A stretch of 64,000 bases of DNA from Alphaproteobacteria bacterium (GTDB lineage: Bacteria; Pseudomonadota; Alphaproteobacteria; SP197), in assembly GCA_965228895.1 (NCBI GenBank), contig OZ245842.1, forward strand, positions 1,184,001 to 1,248,000, given 5' to 3'. Numbering within the stretch: the first letter of the stretch is position 1; every line of letters starts with the position of its first letter. Under the pieces are notes generated by a model. It saw only the letters and a program-made list of their open reading frames with translations, made no database searches and was not told the DNA's origin. Of this stretch, positions 20,248 through 31,810 are shown piece after piece. The position numbers and the translations under genes were made by a program.

Positions 20248-20493
20248 ATGATCAAGCAAACACTGGCGGCCTTGGCGGTGTCGTGTTTTGTCGCAACGTC
20301 AGCCTTGGCGGGAAACTGTCCGTTGATGATCCAGGAAATTGATGACGCTCTTGCTACCAATACCACCCTCAGCGCCGAAGAGGTTGCGGAGGTCAAAGTG
20401 CTGCGGGACAAGGGCGAGGCCGAGCATACTGCCGGCAAGCACGCAGAGTCCGTCGCGACCCTGCAGCAAGCCAAGGACATGCTGGGACTGTAA
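20248..20493 (+). CDS. small secreted helical protein
   Basis: GGAGG RBS, signal peptide, CP...H.AGKH.ES. Confidence 0.7.
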   Translation: MIKQTLAALAVSCFVATSALAGNCPLMIQEIDDALATNTTLSAEEVAEVKVLRDKGEAEHTAGKHAESVATLQQAKDMLGL

Positions 20494-20582
20494 TAGGCTT
20501 GCTAGCCGGATCGGTCATCACGCCGGTGTCGCTGAGCAAGATTGCGATCAACGCTCGGCGATGGCGGCGGCCGTGAGGCCGG

Positions 20583-21068
20583 TTATTTCTTGCGGAACTC
20601 GTCCAGCGCAACGACCTTGCCGGACTCGTCGTCTTGTTCCGGTGCGTTCGCCTCGATCGGCTCGTCCTTGGCCACCGCGACCGGCATGGCGGCTGGCTGT
20701 TCGGCGCCATCCAGGGACGGTTTGAATTGCAGGCCGAACTTGACGCTGGGGTCGACGAAAGCGGTGACTGCGCCGAACGGCACGTGCAGCGTCTGCGGCG
20801 ACTGATTGAAACTCAGCGTGACCGAAAAGCCGTCATCGCTGATGTCGAGATCCCAAAACTGGTGCTGCAGGACGATGGTGATCTCTTCGGGATACTTCGA
20901 CTTCAGTTCGTCGCCGACCACGGCCTGCGGGTGGTCCGTGCGGAACGTGACATAGAAATGATGGTCGCCCGCCAGACCGTGTGCCGCAACGTGATGAAGT
21001 GAGCGGACCATGACGCTTCTAAGGGCGTCGTCGACCATGCGTTCGTAATCAAGTTGCTCGTCGGTCAT
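20583..21068 (-). CDS. sspB: ClpXP adaptor SspB (alphaproteobacterial type)
   Basis: HHFYVTF.T, YP.EITIVLQHQFWDL, C-terminal VVALDEFRKK; lies directly downstream of ssrA. Confidence 0.92.
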   Translation of the reverse strand: MTDEQLDYERMVDDALRSVMVRSLHHVAAHGLAGDHHFYVTFRTDHPQAVVGDELKSKYPEEITIVLQHQFWDLDISDDGFSVTLSFNQSPQTLHVPFGAVTAFVDPSVKFGLQFKPSLDGAEQPAAMPVAVAKDEPIEANAPEQDDESGKVVALDEFRKK

Positions 21069-21102
21069 TGGTTGTCGCGTCCCAGCCGGCTGCCCATGGC
21101 AA

Positions 21103-21359
21103 AGTGGAGGGCTTCTGTTGCCCGGTGCCCTCCGAACCGCGCTTATTGCTTAAGCAGCAACAGCGAACGCCTCATTATCGTTGGCGTTTGTCATAATGAC
21201 CCGATAACGGTGGTATCATGCCGGGCGAAAGCAAAGCCCTTTACCACGCGCGTCGAACCTGGTTCGCCCCCATAGATGGTGGAGGCGGCGGGTACTGCCC
21301 CCGCGTCCGCTACGCTTATTCCGGCCAGCGTTTATCGCCATAGTCCGGCGAACCGAACA
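21103..21359 (-). ncRNA. ssrA: permuted (two-piece) tmRNA
   Basis: Acceptor end CGCCTCCACCA (CCA 21277-21279) precedes the 5' end GGGGGCG (from 21271), with a G3:U pair; tag reading frame 21185-21150 = ANDNEAFAVAA*; outer ends approximate. Confidence 0.93.
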
Positions 21360-21365
21360 CCACAG

Positions 21366-21394
21366 AATATAGGGCTTTGGCCTGCCGGTGCCAA
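21366..21394 (-). promoter_or_regulatory. sigma70-type promoter of ssrA
   Basis: TTGGCA-N17-TATATT. Confidence 0.6.
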
Positions 21395-21475
21395 CCGAGC
21401 CGCTTGGCCGGGGCCGAACGGTGACGTAAGTTCGCCAATTCGCCCGCCAACCGTTCACAAAGGTGACGACAGCAG

Positions 21476-22399
21476 ATGCACCTGACGCCTGACCAGGAAG
21501 CCGAGATCGCCGCCCAGCGCGCCCAGACCCAGCCGACCCTGCGCACGGTCGCGCCTGAGCTTGAGGACATCCTCTATCAGCCGCTCGGCGTGCTGGATCA
21601 TGGATTCGTCCGGGTCGTCGACTATATGGGCGATGACGCAGCGATCGTGCAGGCGGCCAGGGTGTCCTATGGACGCGGCACCAAGTCGGTACGCAACGAC
21701 GCCGGCCTGATCGGCTATCTGATGCGCCATCGCCATTCGACGCCGTTCGAAATGTGCGAGATCAAGTATCACGTCAAGTTGCCGGTCTTTGTTGCGCGCC
21801 AGTGGATTCGCCACCGCACGGCCAACGTGAACGAGTATTCCGCGCGCTACTCGATCCTGGATCGGGAGTTCTATATCCCCGCGCCGGAGCACCTTGCGGC
21901 CCAGTCGGAAAGCAACCGGCAGGGGCGCGGCGATGTTCTGGAGGGCGACGAGGCGGCATGGGTGCTCGATACGCTCAAGCAGGACGCCGCGCAGGCCTAT
22001 GACCACTATGAGGCGATGCTGAATGAAGGCGAGGGCGCCGATCCCGACAAGCAGGGTCTGGCGCGCGAACTGGCGCGCATGAACCTGCCGCTCAATGTTT
22101 ATACGCAGTGGTATTGGAAGGTCGATCTGCACAACCTCTTCCACTTTCTGGCACTGCGCGCCGACCCCCACGCGCAGTACGAAATCCGCGTCTTTGCCGA
22201 GGCGATGATGGAGACCGTCAAACGCTGGGTGCCGCTGGCCTATGACGCGTTTGTCGAAAACCGGCTGAACGGCGCCGCGTTGACGGCAGGGCAGATCGAC
22301 GTGGTGAAACGTCTGCTGAAGGGCGAAACGGTCGACCAGGAGTCCAGTGGACTGAGCAAGCGGGTCTGGAACGAGCTGGCCGACGTGCTGGAACTGTGA
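21476..22399 (+). CDS. thyX: FAD-dependent thymidylate synthase
   Basis: [31 protein letters not shown]. Confidence 0.96.
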   Translation: MHLTPDQEAEIAAQRAQTQPTLRTVAPELEDILYQPLGVLDHGFVRVVDYMGDDAAIVQAARVSYGRGTKSVRNDAGLIGYLMRHRHSTPFEMCEIKYHVKLPVFVARQWIRHRTANVNEYSARYSILDREFYIPAPEHLAAQSESNRQGRGDVLEGDEAAWVLDTLKQDAAQAYDHYEAMLNEGEGADPDKQGLARELARMNLPLNVYTQWYWKVDLHNLFHFLALRADPHAQYEIRVFAEAMMETVKRWVPLAYDAFVENRLNGAALTAGQIDVVKRLLKGETVDQESSGLSKRVWNELADVLEL

Positions 22400-22400
22400 C

Positions 22401-23483
22401 GTGTTGACGTTCGACCACGGCGGGTTGCGTCGCGCGACGGCCGCGGTGTTCAGCGCCGCCGGTGTCGACGATGATATCGCCCAGGCCGTTGCCGATCTTC
22501 TGGTCAATGCCAATCTGGCGGGTCACGACAGCCACGGCATCCAGATGGCCGGCTATTACCTCGATTGCGTCAAGACCGGTGGCCTGGACCCCGGCCAGCG
22601 GGGCCGCGTCGTCAGCGACAACGGTTCCGTCCTGGCGATTGACGGCGGCAGGGGATTCGGTGCGGTGATCGGCGCCTTTGCCATGGATCAAGGTTTGGCG
22701 CGGGTGGCATCGAACGGGGTCGTCTTGGTCGCACTCAGAAACAGCCATCATTTGGGCCGGATCGGAAGCTGGGCCGAGCGCTGTCTCGACAAAGGTGTCG
22801 TCTCGCTCCACTTCGTCAACGCCCACGGCCACCAGCCGCTGGTTGCGCCGTTTAATGGCCTCAATGCCCGCCTGGGCACGAATCCGTTCTGTGCCGGGCT
22901 GCCGGCGACCGGTCGTTACCCGCCCTTCGTGCTGGACTTCGCGACCAGTCGGATTGCTTTCGGCAAGGTTGGCGTCGCATACGATAAGAAAGAGAAGCTG
23001 GCCGACGGCATGATGATCGACCAACAGGGCCGGACGACCACCGACCCGGCGACCATGATTCCAGACTCCACCGGCGGCGCCTTGTTGCCGTTGGGCGAGC
23101 ACAAAGGGTTTGGTTTGGGCCTGCTGTGCGATCTTTTGGGCGGTGCCCTGACCGGTAGCGGCGTCAACCGGCCCGAGCGCCATGGTCAGGAAACGACCAT
23201 CAACGGCATGTTGTCGATCATGATCAATCCGACGGCGTTGGGCGGCTGGGCTCAGATGTCGGACGAGATTGATGCGCTCTACGACTGGGCGCGTTCGTCA
23301 CCGCCCATGCCGGGATCAGATGGTGTTGTTCTGGCCGGCGAGCCCGAACGGCGGAACCGCGCGGAGAGAATCGCCAGCGGCATACCGATCGCCGAGGCCG
23401 CCTGGAACGATCTGGCGGAAGCCGCCGCGGGCGTGGGTATCGCGCGCGACGCTCTCGACCGGCTGGCGGGACGGGCGATATGA
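22401..23483 (+). CDS. Ldh_2 family (malate/lactate/ureidoglycolate) dehydrogenase
   Basis: GHDSHG, HHLGRIG, GTNP, LDFATS, HKGFGL. Confidence 0.88.
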   Translation: MLTFDHGGLRRATAAVFSAAGVDDDIAQAVADLLVNANLAGHDSHGIQMAGYYLDCVKTGGLDPGQRGRVVSDNGSVLAIDGGRGFGAVIGAFAMDQGLARVASNGVVLVALRNSHHLGRIGSWAERCLDKGVVSLHFVNAHGHQPLVAPFNGLNARLGTNPFCAGLPATGRYPPFVLDFATSRIAFGKVGVAYDKKEKLADGMMIDQQGRTTTDPATMIPDSTGGALLPLGEHKGFGLGLLCDLLGGALTGSGVNRPERHGQETTINGMLSIMINPTALGGWAQMSDEIDALYDWARSSPPMPGSDGVVLAGEPERRNRAERIASGIPIAEAAWNDLAEAAAGVGIARDALDRLAGRAI

Positions 23484-23560
23484 TGTCGCCTTACGTCATG
23501 CCGTCGCTTGTTTGCCAAGGCCTCTGACGGCATCAAGTCTGGTGTAGGTTGGAGAGAAAG

Positions 23561-23965
23561 ATGACGCGGCCTCGTCGAAGGATTCTTTGGGTAGCGGTTT
23601 TGGCCTGGGCTTTGGCGCCGGTGCCGGCAGTGGCCGACTTTCAAGTATGCAATGACAGTCTCAAAGACGCGCATGTGGCCGTCGGCTACTACGATAACGA
23701 GAACTATCTGACGCGCGGCTGGTGGGAGGTTCCGTCAAGCGGGTGTCTGGTCATCTATCCCGGTCCGTTGAAGTGGCCCGTTTACTACGTCTACGCAGTC
23801 TCAACAGAGGACGAGTTCGGCAACTTCGAGGTGTGGTCCGGCGACTTCCCAATGTGCATTCATCGGCCGAATCCCTTCGAAATCACGGGCCGAGCTGGTT
23901 GCGATACCATGTTTTTCGAGGTTGAGATTGGCGAGTCCGAAAACATGACGTTCCGCCTCGAATAG
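23561..23965 (+). CDS. DUF1036-like secreted protein
   Basis: Signal peptide, F.VCN, AVGY, GWW, YYVYA. Confidence 0.75.
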   Translation: MTRPRRRILWVAVLAWALAPVPAVADFQVCNDSLKDAHVAVGYYDNENYLTRGWWEVPSSGCLVIYPGPLKWPVYYVYAVSTEDEFGNFEVWSGDFPMCIHRPNPFEITGRAGCDTMFFEVEIGESENMTFRLE

Positions 23966-24177
23966 TCGGTGCGGAACGGTCGGGTGCTGCAGACGCTGGC
24001 GACGTTCGGTTGCACCGGAAGCCGTCGGGCCTTATCGGCCAACTTCCGTGGTTTCGTCACGTTGGCGGCCGCCAGACCGGGGTAATCCGTCTGGCGGATT
24101 GACTGGCTTGGCCATCGGGGTTCACATCGGCCCGATTTGACGATGTGTCAAAAGACGGCAAACGGAGATCGAGAGTT

Positions 24178-24594
24178 ATGCGTTGGTTACGGGCAACGTC
24201 TGCGGTTGCGGCCCTGCTTTTGTGCGTGATTGCCCGTCCCGCCGCGGCCGAGTTCAGTGTCTGCAACGATACGGACACGCGCGCCCATGCGGCCGTCGGT
24301 TTCTGGGACAACACCGCCTATGTGACGCAAGGCTGGTACACCGTTGACCCCAATAGCTGTCTCGTTGTCTTCGACGGACCGTTGCAGTGGCAGTGGTACT
24401 ACGTCTATGCCGAGTCCGACCTGGACCCTGAGGGTTACTTTACCGCCTGGGTTGGCTCGACCATGCTTTGTGTGGACCCGGTGCCCAGCAACTTCCGGAT
24501 TTCCGGTGAGGCCGACACCTGCAACACCGCGTTCCACGAGATCAACACGAAGACGTCGGTCAACTGGACCCACAGGCTGGCCGTGACGCCCTGA
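24178..24594 (+). CDS. DUF1036-like secreted protein (tandem paralogue)
   Basis: Same F.VCN / GWY / YYVYA pattern. Confidence 0.75.
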   Translation: MRWLRATSAVAALLLCVIARPAAAEFSVCNDTDTRAHAAVGFWDNTAYVTQGWYTVDPNSCLVVFDGPLQWQWYYVYAESDLDPEGYFTAWVGSTMLCVDPVPSNFRISGEADTCNTAFHEINTKTSVNWTHRLAVTP

Positions 24595-24604
24595 GGGCCA
24601 GGAC

Positions 24605-25717
<1,113 letters not shown>

Positions 25718-25882
25718 GCTGTGTCCTCTGGTGAAAGTCGAAATTCATGGGCATTCGCAGCACGGCTACGTTTGCGGCCGGCTGCGCATCTGTCATATAA
25801 CGCTTGATCTCAGCGCAACAACCCACACTTAAGCCCTTAACAAGTGTCCGCGCGTGGACAGGGACCGGGAGAGGCAGAACGC

Positions 25883-26998
25883 ATGCCATGGAATAATCAA
25901 GGCGGCGGCGGGGGCTGGCAAGGCCCCGGCGGCGACAACGGTGGAGGACCATGGGGCCGAGGGCCCAGCCGCGGTGGCGGTGGTGGCGGCGGCGGTCAGC
26001 CGCCGGATCTGGAAGACCTGATTCGCAAGGTCCAGGACAAGGGCAAGGGCCTGCTGCCCGGCGGTTTCGGCGGCGGGCGTGGTATTCTGTTGATAGTCGT
26101 TGTTCTGGTTGTCGTTTGGCTGCTGTCAGGCTTTTACCGGGTCTTGCCCGATGAGCAGGGCGTCGAGTTGGTCTTCGGCAAGTGGGAAGCGACCACGCAG
26201 CCGGGCCTGAACTACAACTGGCCGACACCGATTGGTGAGGTCTTCACGCCGAAGGTCACCCGTATCGAGCGAACCGAGGTCGGCTTCAGGGGCGACACCA
26301 ATCGCGATCAGCCGGATGAAAGTTTGATGCTGACCGGTGACGAGAACATCATCGATGTCCAGTTCACCGTCTTCTGGCGCATCAATGACGCCGGCCAATA
26401 TCTGTTTAACGTGCGTGACCCACGCACCATTGTGAAGGACGTGGCCGAAAGCGCCATGCGTCAGGTGATCGGCCAGACGGCGTTGGCGTCTGCCCTTGCC
26501 GAGGGTCGTGGACGGGTCGAAGAGGAGACGCTGGCGCTGATCCAGCAGATTCTTGACGAATACGGTGCCGGTGTCGAAATCCGACAGGTCGAACTGCAGA
26601 AGGTCGACCCGCCAGGCGCGGTGATCGACGCGTTCCGCGACGTCCAGGCGGCACGCGCCGACCAGGAGCGTTTCATCAACGAGGCCCAGGCCTATCAGAA
26701 CTCGATCGTCCCGGTCGCCCGCGGTGAATCTCAGAAGATCATCCAGGAGGCCGAAGCCTATAAGCAGGAGGTCATCAACAACGCTGAAGGTGCGGCAAGC
26801 CGCTTTTTGGCCGTCTACACCGAATACAAGGACTCCGAAGATGTCACCCAGCGGCGGATCTATCTGGAGACCATGGAAGAAATCCTGCGCAGCATGAACA
26901 AGATGATCATCGACGATGGCGCCGTCGGCAGCCAGGGCGTCGTGCCCTATCTGCCACTTGATCAGCTCAGACGCAGCGATAGCGCGGGAGGCCAGTGA
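25883..26998 (+). CDS. hflK: FtsH modulator HflK
   Basis: MPWNNQ Gly-rich start, PPDLE, MLTGDENI. Confidence 0.96.
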   Translation: MPWNNQGGGGGWQGPGGDNGGGPWGRGPSRGGGGGGGGQPPDLEDLIRKVQDKGKGLLPGGFGGGRGILLIVVVLVVVWLLSGFYRVLPDEQGVELVFGKWEATTQPGLNYNWPTPIGEVFTPKVTRIERTEVGFRGDTNRDQPDESLMLTGDENIIDVQFTVFWRINDAGQYLFNVRDPRTIVKDVAESAMRQVIGQTALASALAEGRGRVEEETLALIQQILDEYGAGVEIRQVELQKVDPPGAVIDAFRDVQAARADQERFINEAQAYQNSIVPVARGESQKIIQEAEAYKQEVINNAEGAASRFLAVYTEYKDSEDVTQRRIYLETMEEILRSMNKMIIDDGAVGSQGVVPYLPLDQLRRSDSAGGQ

Positions 26999-27942
26999 TG
27001 AAAAAGAGTCTTATCATCGGCGCCGTCGTGATCGCGGCCGTCCTGATTGTCGGGTCAAGTGCGCTCTTCACCATACAGGAGACAGAGCAGGGCATCGTGC
27101 TGCAGTTCGGTGATCCCAAGCAGGTGGTGACCGAACCCGGCCTGCACTTCAAGGTCCCGTTCATCCAAAATGTCGTGATCTACGACAAGCGGGTTCTGGA
27201 GTTTGAGAATCCGCAGCAGGAGGTCATCGCGTCCGACCAGAAACGTCTGGTGATCGACGCCTTTGCCTTCTATCGCATCACCAATCCGCTGGAGTTCTAC
27301 CAGGCGGTCGGTACGGAAGAGGTGGCGCGGGCACGGCTGTCGAACCTGCTTAACGCCAGCATGCGTCAGTTGATCGGTACCGTGCCTTTGGTCGATGTCA
27401 TCTCCGGCGAACGTGAACGGCTGATGGAGGATATCCGGATCCGTATCAACCGCGAGGCCCAGCAATTTGGCGTCGCCGTGATTGACGTGCGCATCAAGCG
27501 TGCTGATCTGCCGGAAGAAAACAGCCAGGCGATCTACCAGCGCATGCAGACCGAGCGTGAACGTGAGGCCCGCGAGATCCGCGCCCAGGGTGAAGAACAG
27601 TCGCTGAGGATCCGTGCCGAGGCGGACCGGACCCGAACCGTGCTGATCTCCGAGGCCAGGCGCCAGTCGGAGATCCTGCGTGGTGAAGGCGATGGTGAAG
27701 CCGTGCGCATCTTCGCCGATGCCTATGGCCAGGATGTCGATTTCTTCACCTTCTATCGGACCATGCAGGCCTATCGCGAAGCGCTCAACGCCGACGACAC
27801 GACGATCATCATGTCGCCGGACGGCGACTTCCTTCAGTTCCTGAACAACGTGCAGGGCATGGGAGGGGCCGGTTTTTCGCTGGATTCGGTAGGCGAGACG
27901 GTAACCGGGAGTGGTTCATCGGATACTGCGGCGCAGCCATAG
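26998..27942 (+). CDS. hflC: FtsH modulator HflC
   Basis: PGLHFKVPF, DVRIKRADLP, RMQTER, FYRTMQAY. Confidence 0.96.
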   Translation: MKKSLIIGAVVIAAVLIVGSSALFTIQETEQGIVLQFGDPKQVVTEPGLHFKVPFIQNVVIYDKRVLEFENPQQEVIASDQKRLVIDAFAFYRITNPLEFYQAVGTEEVARARLSNLLNASMRQLIGTVPLVDVISGERERLMEDIRIRINREAQQFGVAVIDVRIKRADLPEENSQAIYQRMQTEREREAREIRAQGEEQSLRIRAEADRTRTVLISEARRQSEILRGEGDGEAVRIFADAYGQDVDFFTFYRTMQAYREALNADDTTIIMSPDGDFLQFLNNVQGMGGAGFSLDSVGETVTGSGSSDTAAQP

Positions 27943-28007
27943 GGCGTGCCCGGCCCGCTTGACGCGCCGGACGTGCCATATCGTTGCCACAGGCCGGGTT
28001 TAGGCCG

Positions 28008-28193
28008 ATGACCGAGATCCTGGTGGCGATTGCGATTGCCTTGTTTCTGGAAGGCGCGGCCTATGCTCTGTTTCCCAATGCCATGAAGCGGGCAATGCTG
28101 CACGTCCTGGCCCAGCCCGTGACGACCGTTCGGTTGACTGGACTGGCCGTTGCAGTGGCGGCGGTCACATTGATGTGGCTGGTCAAAGGATGA
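28008..28193 (+). CDS. DUF2065 small membrane protein
   Basis: LEG..YALFP; usual position after hflC. Confidence 0.8.
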   Translation: MTEILVAIAIALFLEGAAYALFPNAMKRAMLHVLAQPVTTVRLTGLAVAVAAVTLMWLVKG

Positions 28194-28262
28194 TCGGCTA
28201 TCCAGGATGTTCCGGGCCGTAGGATTTTGACGGCCCACGACGTGACAGACGGTGATTTGGGA

Positions 28263-29753
28263 ATGAAAGCTGCAACGATGAAACATGTTGGTCTGTGCCT
28301 GGTGGCGGCCTTTTTTGCCGCCGGTTCGCTGGTCACCGACAGTGACCGGGCGTGGTCGCAGTCGGTACCGGAGAGTTTCGCCGACCTAGCCGAAGAGCTG
28401 ACGCCGGCCGTTGTCTCGATCACGACGGAAGAGTTCGTGACCAGTTTTGGCGGCGACCAGATCCCGGAGTTCCCCGAGGGTTCGCCGTTTGAGGATTTCT
28501 TCAAGGACTTCTTCGAGCGCTACGGCAACGGTGACGGTGAAGGCCCGCAGGAAAGCCGTCCGACTTCGCTAGGTTCCGGTTTCATCATCGACCCCAGCGG
28601 CTACGTGGTGACCAACAACCACGTCATCGCCGAAGCCGATACCATCACCGTGCGTTTGAACGACGACACCGAGTATGAGGCAGAGGTCGTCGGTGTCGAT
28701 CCGAAGACCGATCTCGCGCTTTTGAAGGTCGAGGCCGACGAGGATCTGCCCCACGTCGCGTTCGGCAACTCCGATGAGGTGAGGGTCGGTGAGTGGGTGC
28801 TGGCGATCGGCAACCCGTTCGGATTCGGCAGCTCGGTGACCGCCGGCATCATCTCCGCGCGCCAGCGCGACATCAGCGCCGGTCCTTATGACGAGTTTCT
28901 GCAGACCGACGCGCCGATTAACCGTGGCAATTCCGGTGGCCCACTGTTCGATATGGACGGCAACGTGATCGGCGTGAACACGGCGATCTTCTCGCCGTCA
29001 GGCGGCTCGGTCGGTATCGGCTTCGCGGTTCCCTCCAATCTGGTGACGCGTGTCGTCGCCCAGCTTCAGGAGTTCGGTCGGACCCGGCGCGGTTGGCTGG
29101 GCGTGCGCATTCAATCGATTACCCCCGAGATTGCCGAGGGCCTGGGTCTGAAGTCGTCGGACGGCGCGTTGGTTGCCAGCGTGACGCCTGACGGTCCGGC
29201 AGCCGATGCGGGTCTCGAAAACGGCGATGTCATCATCACCTTCGACGGTAAACCGATCGACGAAATGCGCGAGCTGCCGCGTGTCGTGGCCGAAACCGAA
29301 GTCGGTAAGGCGGTCGAGGTCGTGGTGATGCGTCGCGGTGACGAACTGACATTCGATGTCGAGTTGGGCGAACTCGAGGTGTTCGAAGATCAATTGGCCG
29401 CGACAATGAACGGCAGTCAACCTGAAGAACAGCCTGAGAAGGGCAAGGCCCCGACGGATGTGCTGGGCATGGTCTTAGAGCCGGTCAGCCCGCAACTGAG
29501 GCAAGAGTTTGACCTGCCGAACGATGTCGACGGCGTTGTCGTCACGAACGTGGCGCCCGGCAGCCCGGCGGCGCGCGCCGGCATTCTCCCGGGCGATCTG
29601 ATTCCCGAAGTCGGTCAGGAGCAGGTCGGAACCGTTGACGAAGTGGTGGCGCAGATCGACGGCGCACGGGACCGTGCGCTGAAATCCGTGGTCGTGCGCG
29701 TTCTGCGCAGCGATGAAGACGCTCACTATCTGGCCGTCGATATCGAAGGCTAG
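28263..29753 (+). CDS. HtrA/DegP/DegQ serine endoprotease
   Basis: TNNHV, DLAL, GNSGGP, two PDZ domains. Confidence 0.94.
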   Translation: MKAATMKHVGLCLVAAFFAAGSLVTDSDRAWSQSVPESFADLAEELTPAVVSITTEEFVTSFGGDQIPEFPEGSPFEDFFKDFFERYGNGDGEGPQESRPTSLGSGFIIDPSGYVVTNNHVIAEADTITVRLNDDTEYEAEVVGVDPKTDLALLKVEADEDLPHVAFGNSDEVRVGEWVLAIGNPFGFGSSVTAGIISARQRDISAGPYDEFLQTDAPINRGNSGGPLFDMDGNVIGVNTAIFSPSGGSVGIGFAVPSNLVTRVVAQLQEFGRTRRGWLGVRIQSITPEIAEGLGLKSSDGALVASVTPDGPAADAGLENGDVIITFDGKPIDEMRELPRVVAETEVGKAVEVVVMRRGDELTFDVELGELEVFEDQLAATMNGSQPEEQPEKGKAPTDVLGMVLEPVSPQLRQEFDLPNDVDGVVVTNVAPGSPAARAGILPGDLIPEVGQEQVGTVDEVVAQIDGARDRALKSVVVRVLRSDEDAHYLAVDIEG

Positions 29754-29811
29754 CCCTTTGGATCGTTCCCCGCTCGCGTGGGCCGGTGACGCCAACTGGA
29801 TCGGGAACGCT

Positions 29812-30696
29812 CTAGGCGTCGAGAAACTCTGACCGACGATAGCCCTGCATGAAAAGCAGGGCGGTGAGGTCGCCGTGGCGTATCGCGGCATCGGCAACGG
29901 TGCTCACCGCCTCCACACCGTGATAGGCGACGCCTAAACCAGCGGCCTCGATCATCGCGATATCGTTGGCGCCGTCGCCCACGGCAAGCGTATCGGCCAT
30001 GTCGATGTCATGCTCTCTGGCCAGTTGACGCAACAGGGTCTCTTTGGCGTTGCGGTCCAGAATCGGTTCCACCATGGAGCCGGTCAGCCGGCCATCTTCG
30101 ATATTCAGTCGATTGGCTTGCTGCACGTCGAAGCCGACGAGGTCGGCAACGCGCTTGGTGAACCAGGTAAAACCACCGGATATCAGAGCGGTCAAAGCTC
30201 CGTGACCGCGCATGGTCGCCAGCAGCGTCGTGGCGCCGGGGGTCAGCGCGACGCTGTCGCGCCAGGCGGATTCAAGGGCCTCGATCGGGGTTCCGGCAAG
30301 CAGCGCGACACGTTCGCGCAACGACTGTGCGAACTCCAGTTCGCCGCGGATGGTGCGCGCGGTAATCGCTGCGATCTGGTCGCCGATGCCAGCCTGGGCT
30401 GCCAGAACGTCGATGCATTCGACTGTGATGATGGTGGAGTCCATGTCGGCGACGAGCAGACGCTTGCGACGGTGACGTGCGGCCTGAATCACCACATCCG
30501 CGGGCACGTCGTTCAGCGACTTTTTCAGTGTCGTCGCCAACGCTTGATAACTGCTGCCGTCAACCAGAAGGTCGACGGCGCGGCCGGGATCAAGCCAGTC
30601 GACACGTGCCTCGACCTGGCGGGCGATGTCGTCAATCGTGGTATCGTCAAGCGCCGGACCACCGGTCCCGGCGATGACGGTTGCAACAAGTGTCAT
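29812..30696 (-). CDS. serB: phosphoserine phosphatase
   Basis: DMDST, SGGF, GDGAND. Confidence 0.93.
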   Translation of the reverse strand: MTLVATVIAGTGGPALDDTTIDDIARQVEARVDWLDPGRAVDLLVDGSSYQALATTLKKSLNDVPADVVIQAARHRRKRLLVADMDSTIITVECIDVLAAQAGIGDQIAAITARTIRGELEFAQSLRERVALLAGTPIEALESAWRDSVALTPGATTLLATMRGHGALTALISGGFTWFTKRVADLVGFDVQQANRLNIEDGRLTGSMVEPILDRNAKETLLRQLAREHDIDMADTLAVGDGANDIAMIEAAGLGVAYHGVEAVSTVADAAIRHGDLTALLFMQGYRRSEFLDA

Positions 30697-31672
30697 GGCA
30701 GATAGCAGTCCCAACGAACGATCAGGCGAGCCGCTAGTGGTGATAGGCGGTCCGACGGCTTCCGGCAAGTCGCCGCTGGCGCTTGACCTGGCGGAGGCTT
30801 TCGGCGGCGAGATCATCAACGGCGACAGCATGCAGGTCTATGAAGAGTTGCGCCTGTTGACGGCGCGGCCCGGCCCCGATGATGAGGCAAGGGTTCCCCA
30901 TCATCTTTATGGGTTCATGTCCGTTGCCGAGCGTTGTTCGGTCGCGGTTTGGGCCGATGCCGCCCGCCGTGTCGTCCATGACTGTCTGACACGCGGCAGT
31001 GTGCCGGTGATCGTCGGCGGGACGGGCCTCTATCTGGGAACCTTCATTCACGGCCTATCACCCATCCCCGACGTGCCGGCAGCGGTCCGCGCCGATGTGA
31101 TCGAACGTGTCCGTGACCTTTCGGCTGAAGGATTTCACGAACTCGCCGAGACTGTCGATCCGGAGCTCGCGCGGCGGATTCCGGTCGGTGACACACAGCG
31201 CCTGATCCGCCTGCTCGAGGTTCAAGAGGCCACGGGTGAGCCGCTTTCGGCCTGGCAGCAGCAACCGCGCCAAAACGCGTGGCCCGGTCCGGTGCTCTAT
31301 CTGGTTGTGCGCCCGGATCGTGACGTCCTCTACCAGGCTTGCAACGACCGGTTCGAGTCGATGATAGAGGCGGGTGTCCTGGATGAGGTTGCCAATCTGA
31401 CCAAACTCGGCCTGCCCGACGATCTGCCGGCCATGCGCGCGCTCGGTGTGCCGCCCTTGATGGCGCATTTAAGAGGCGAAATGCCTCTGGATGACGCGAT
31501 CCAGGCCGCAAAGACGGTGACCCGGCGCTATGCCAAGCGCCAGCTAACGTGGTTCCGCCACCAGGCTGGCGAGGCCATTGCCTTGGACGATTCCGACCCC
31601 GCGCAGCGTCTGGCGTGCGCCCGCGCACATATGTCCGGGTTTCTGTTGACCGCCAAAGGGCCAAAAGCGTAG
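30695..31672 (+). CDS. miaA: tRNA dimethylallyltransferase
   Basis: GPTASGKS, DSMQVY, VGGTGLY, YAKRQLTW. Confidence 0.95.
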   Translation: MADSSPNERSGEPLVVIGGPTASGKSPLALDLAEAFGGEIINGDSMQVYEELRLLTARPGPDDEARVPHHLYGFMSVAERCSVAVWADAARRVVHDCLTRGSVPVIVGGTGLYLGTFIHGLSPIPDVPAAVRADVIERVRDLSAEGFHELAETVDPELARRIPVGDTQRLIRLLEVQEATGEPLSAWQQQPRQNAWPGPVLYLVVRPDRDVLYQACNDRFESMIEAGVLDEVANLTKLGLPDDLPAMRALGVPPLMAHLRGEMPLDDAIQAAKTVTRRYAKRQLTWFRHQAGEAIALDDSDPAQRLACARAHMSGFLLTAKGPKA

Positions 31673-31810
31673 TTTCCGGCCCTTGTTGCGGCGTGCGAGC
31701 CGATCGCGCGTTGCTGTTTTGTGCCCTGATGGGTGGTGATGACATCGTGACAACACCGCTTCTGGCACTGACTTCGCGGGCACGTGCCCGCCTAACCGGA
31801 GGATGAGACC

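Noticed and set aside
25901-25996. GGC/GGT microsatellite
   Set aside because: Encodes the normal Gly-rich HflK N-terminus
31673-31810. ilv leader peptide or attenuator
   Set aside because: No convincing Ile/Leu/Val-rich leader or U-tailed terminator; only a short palindrome
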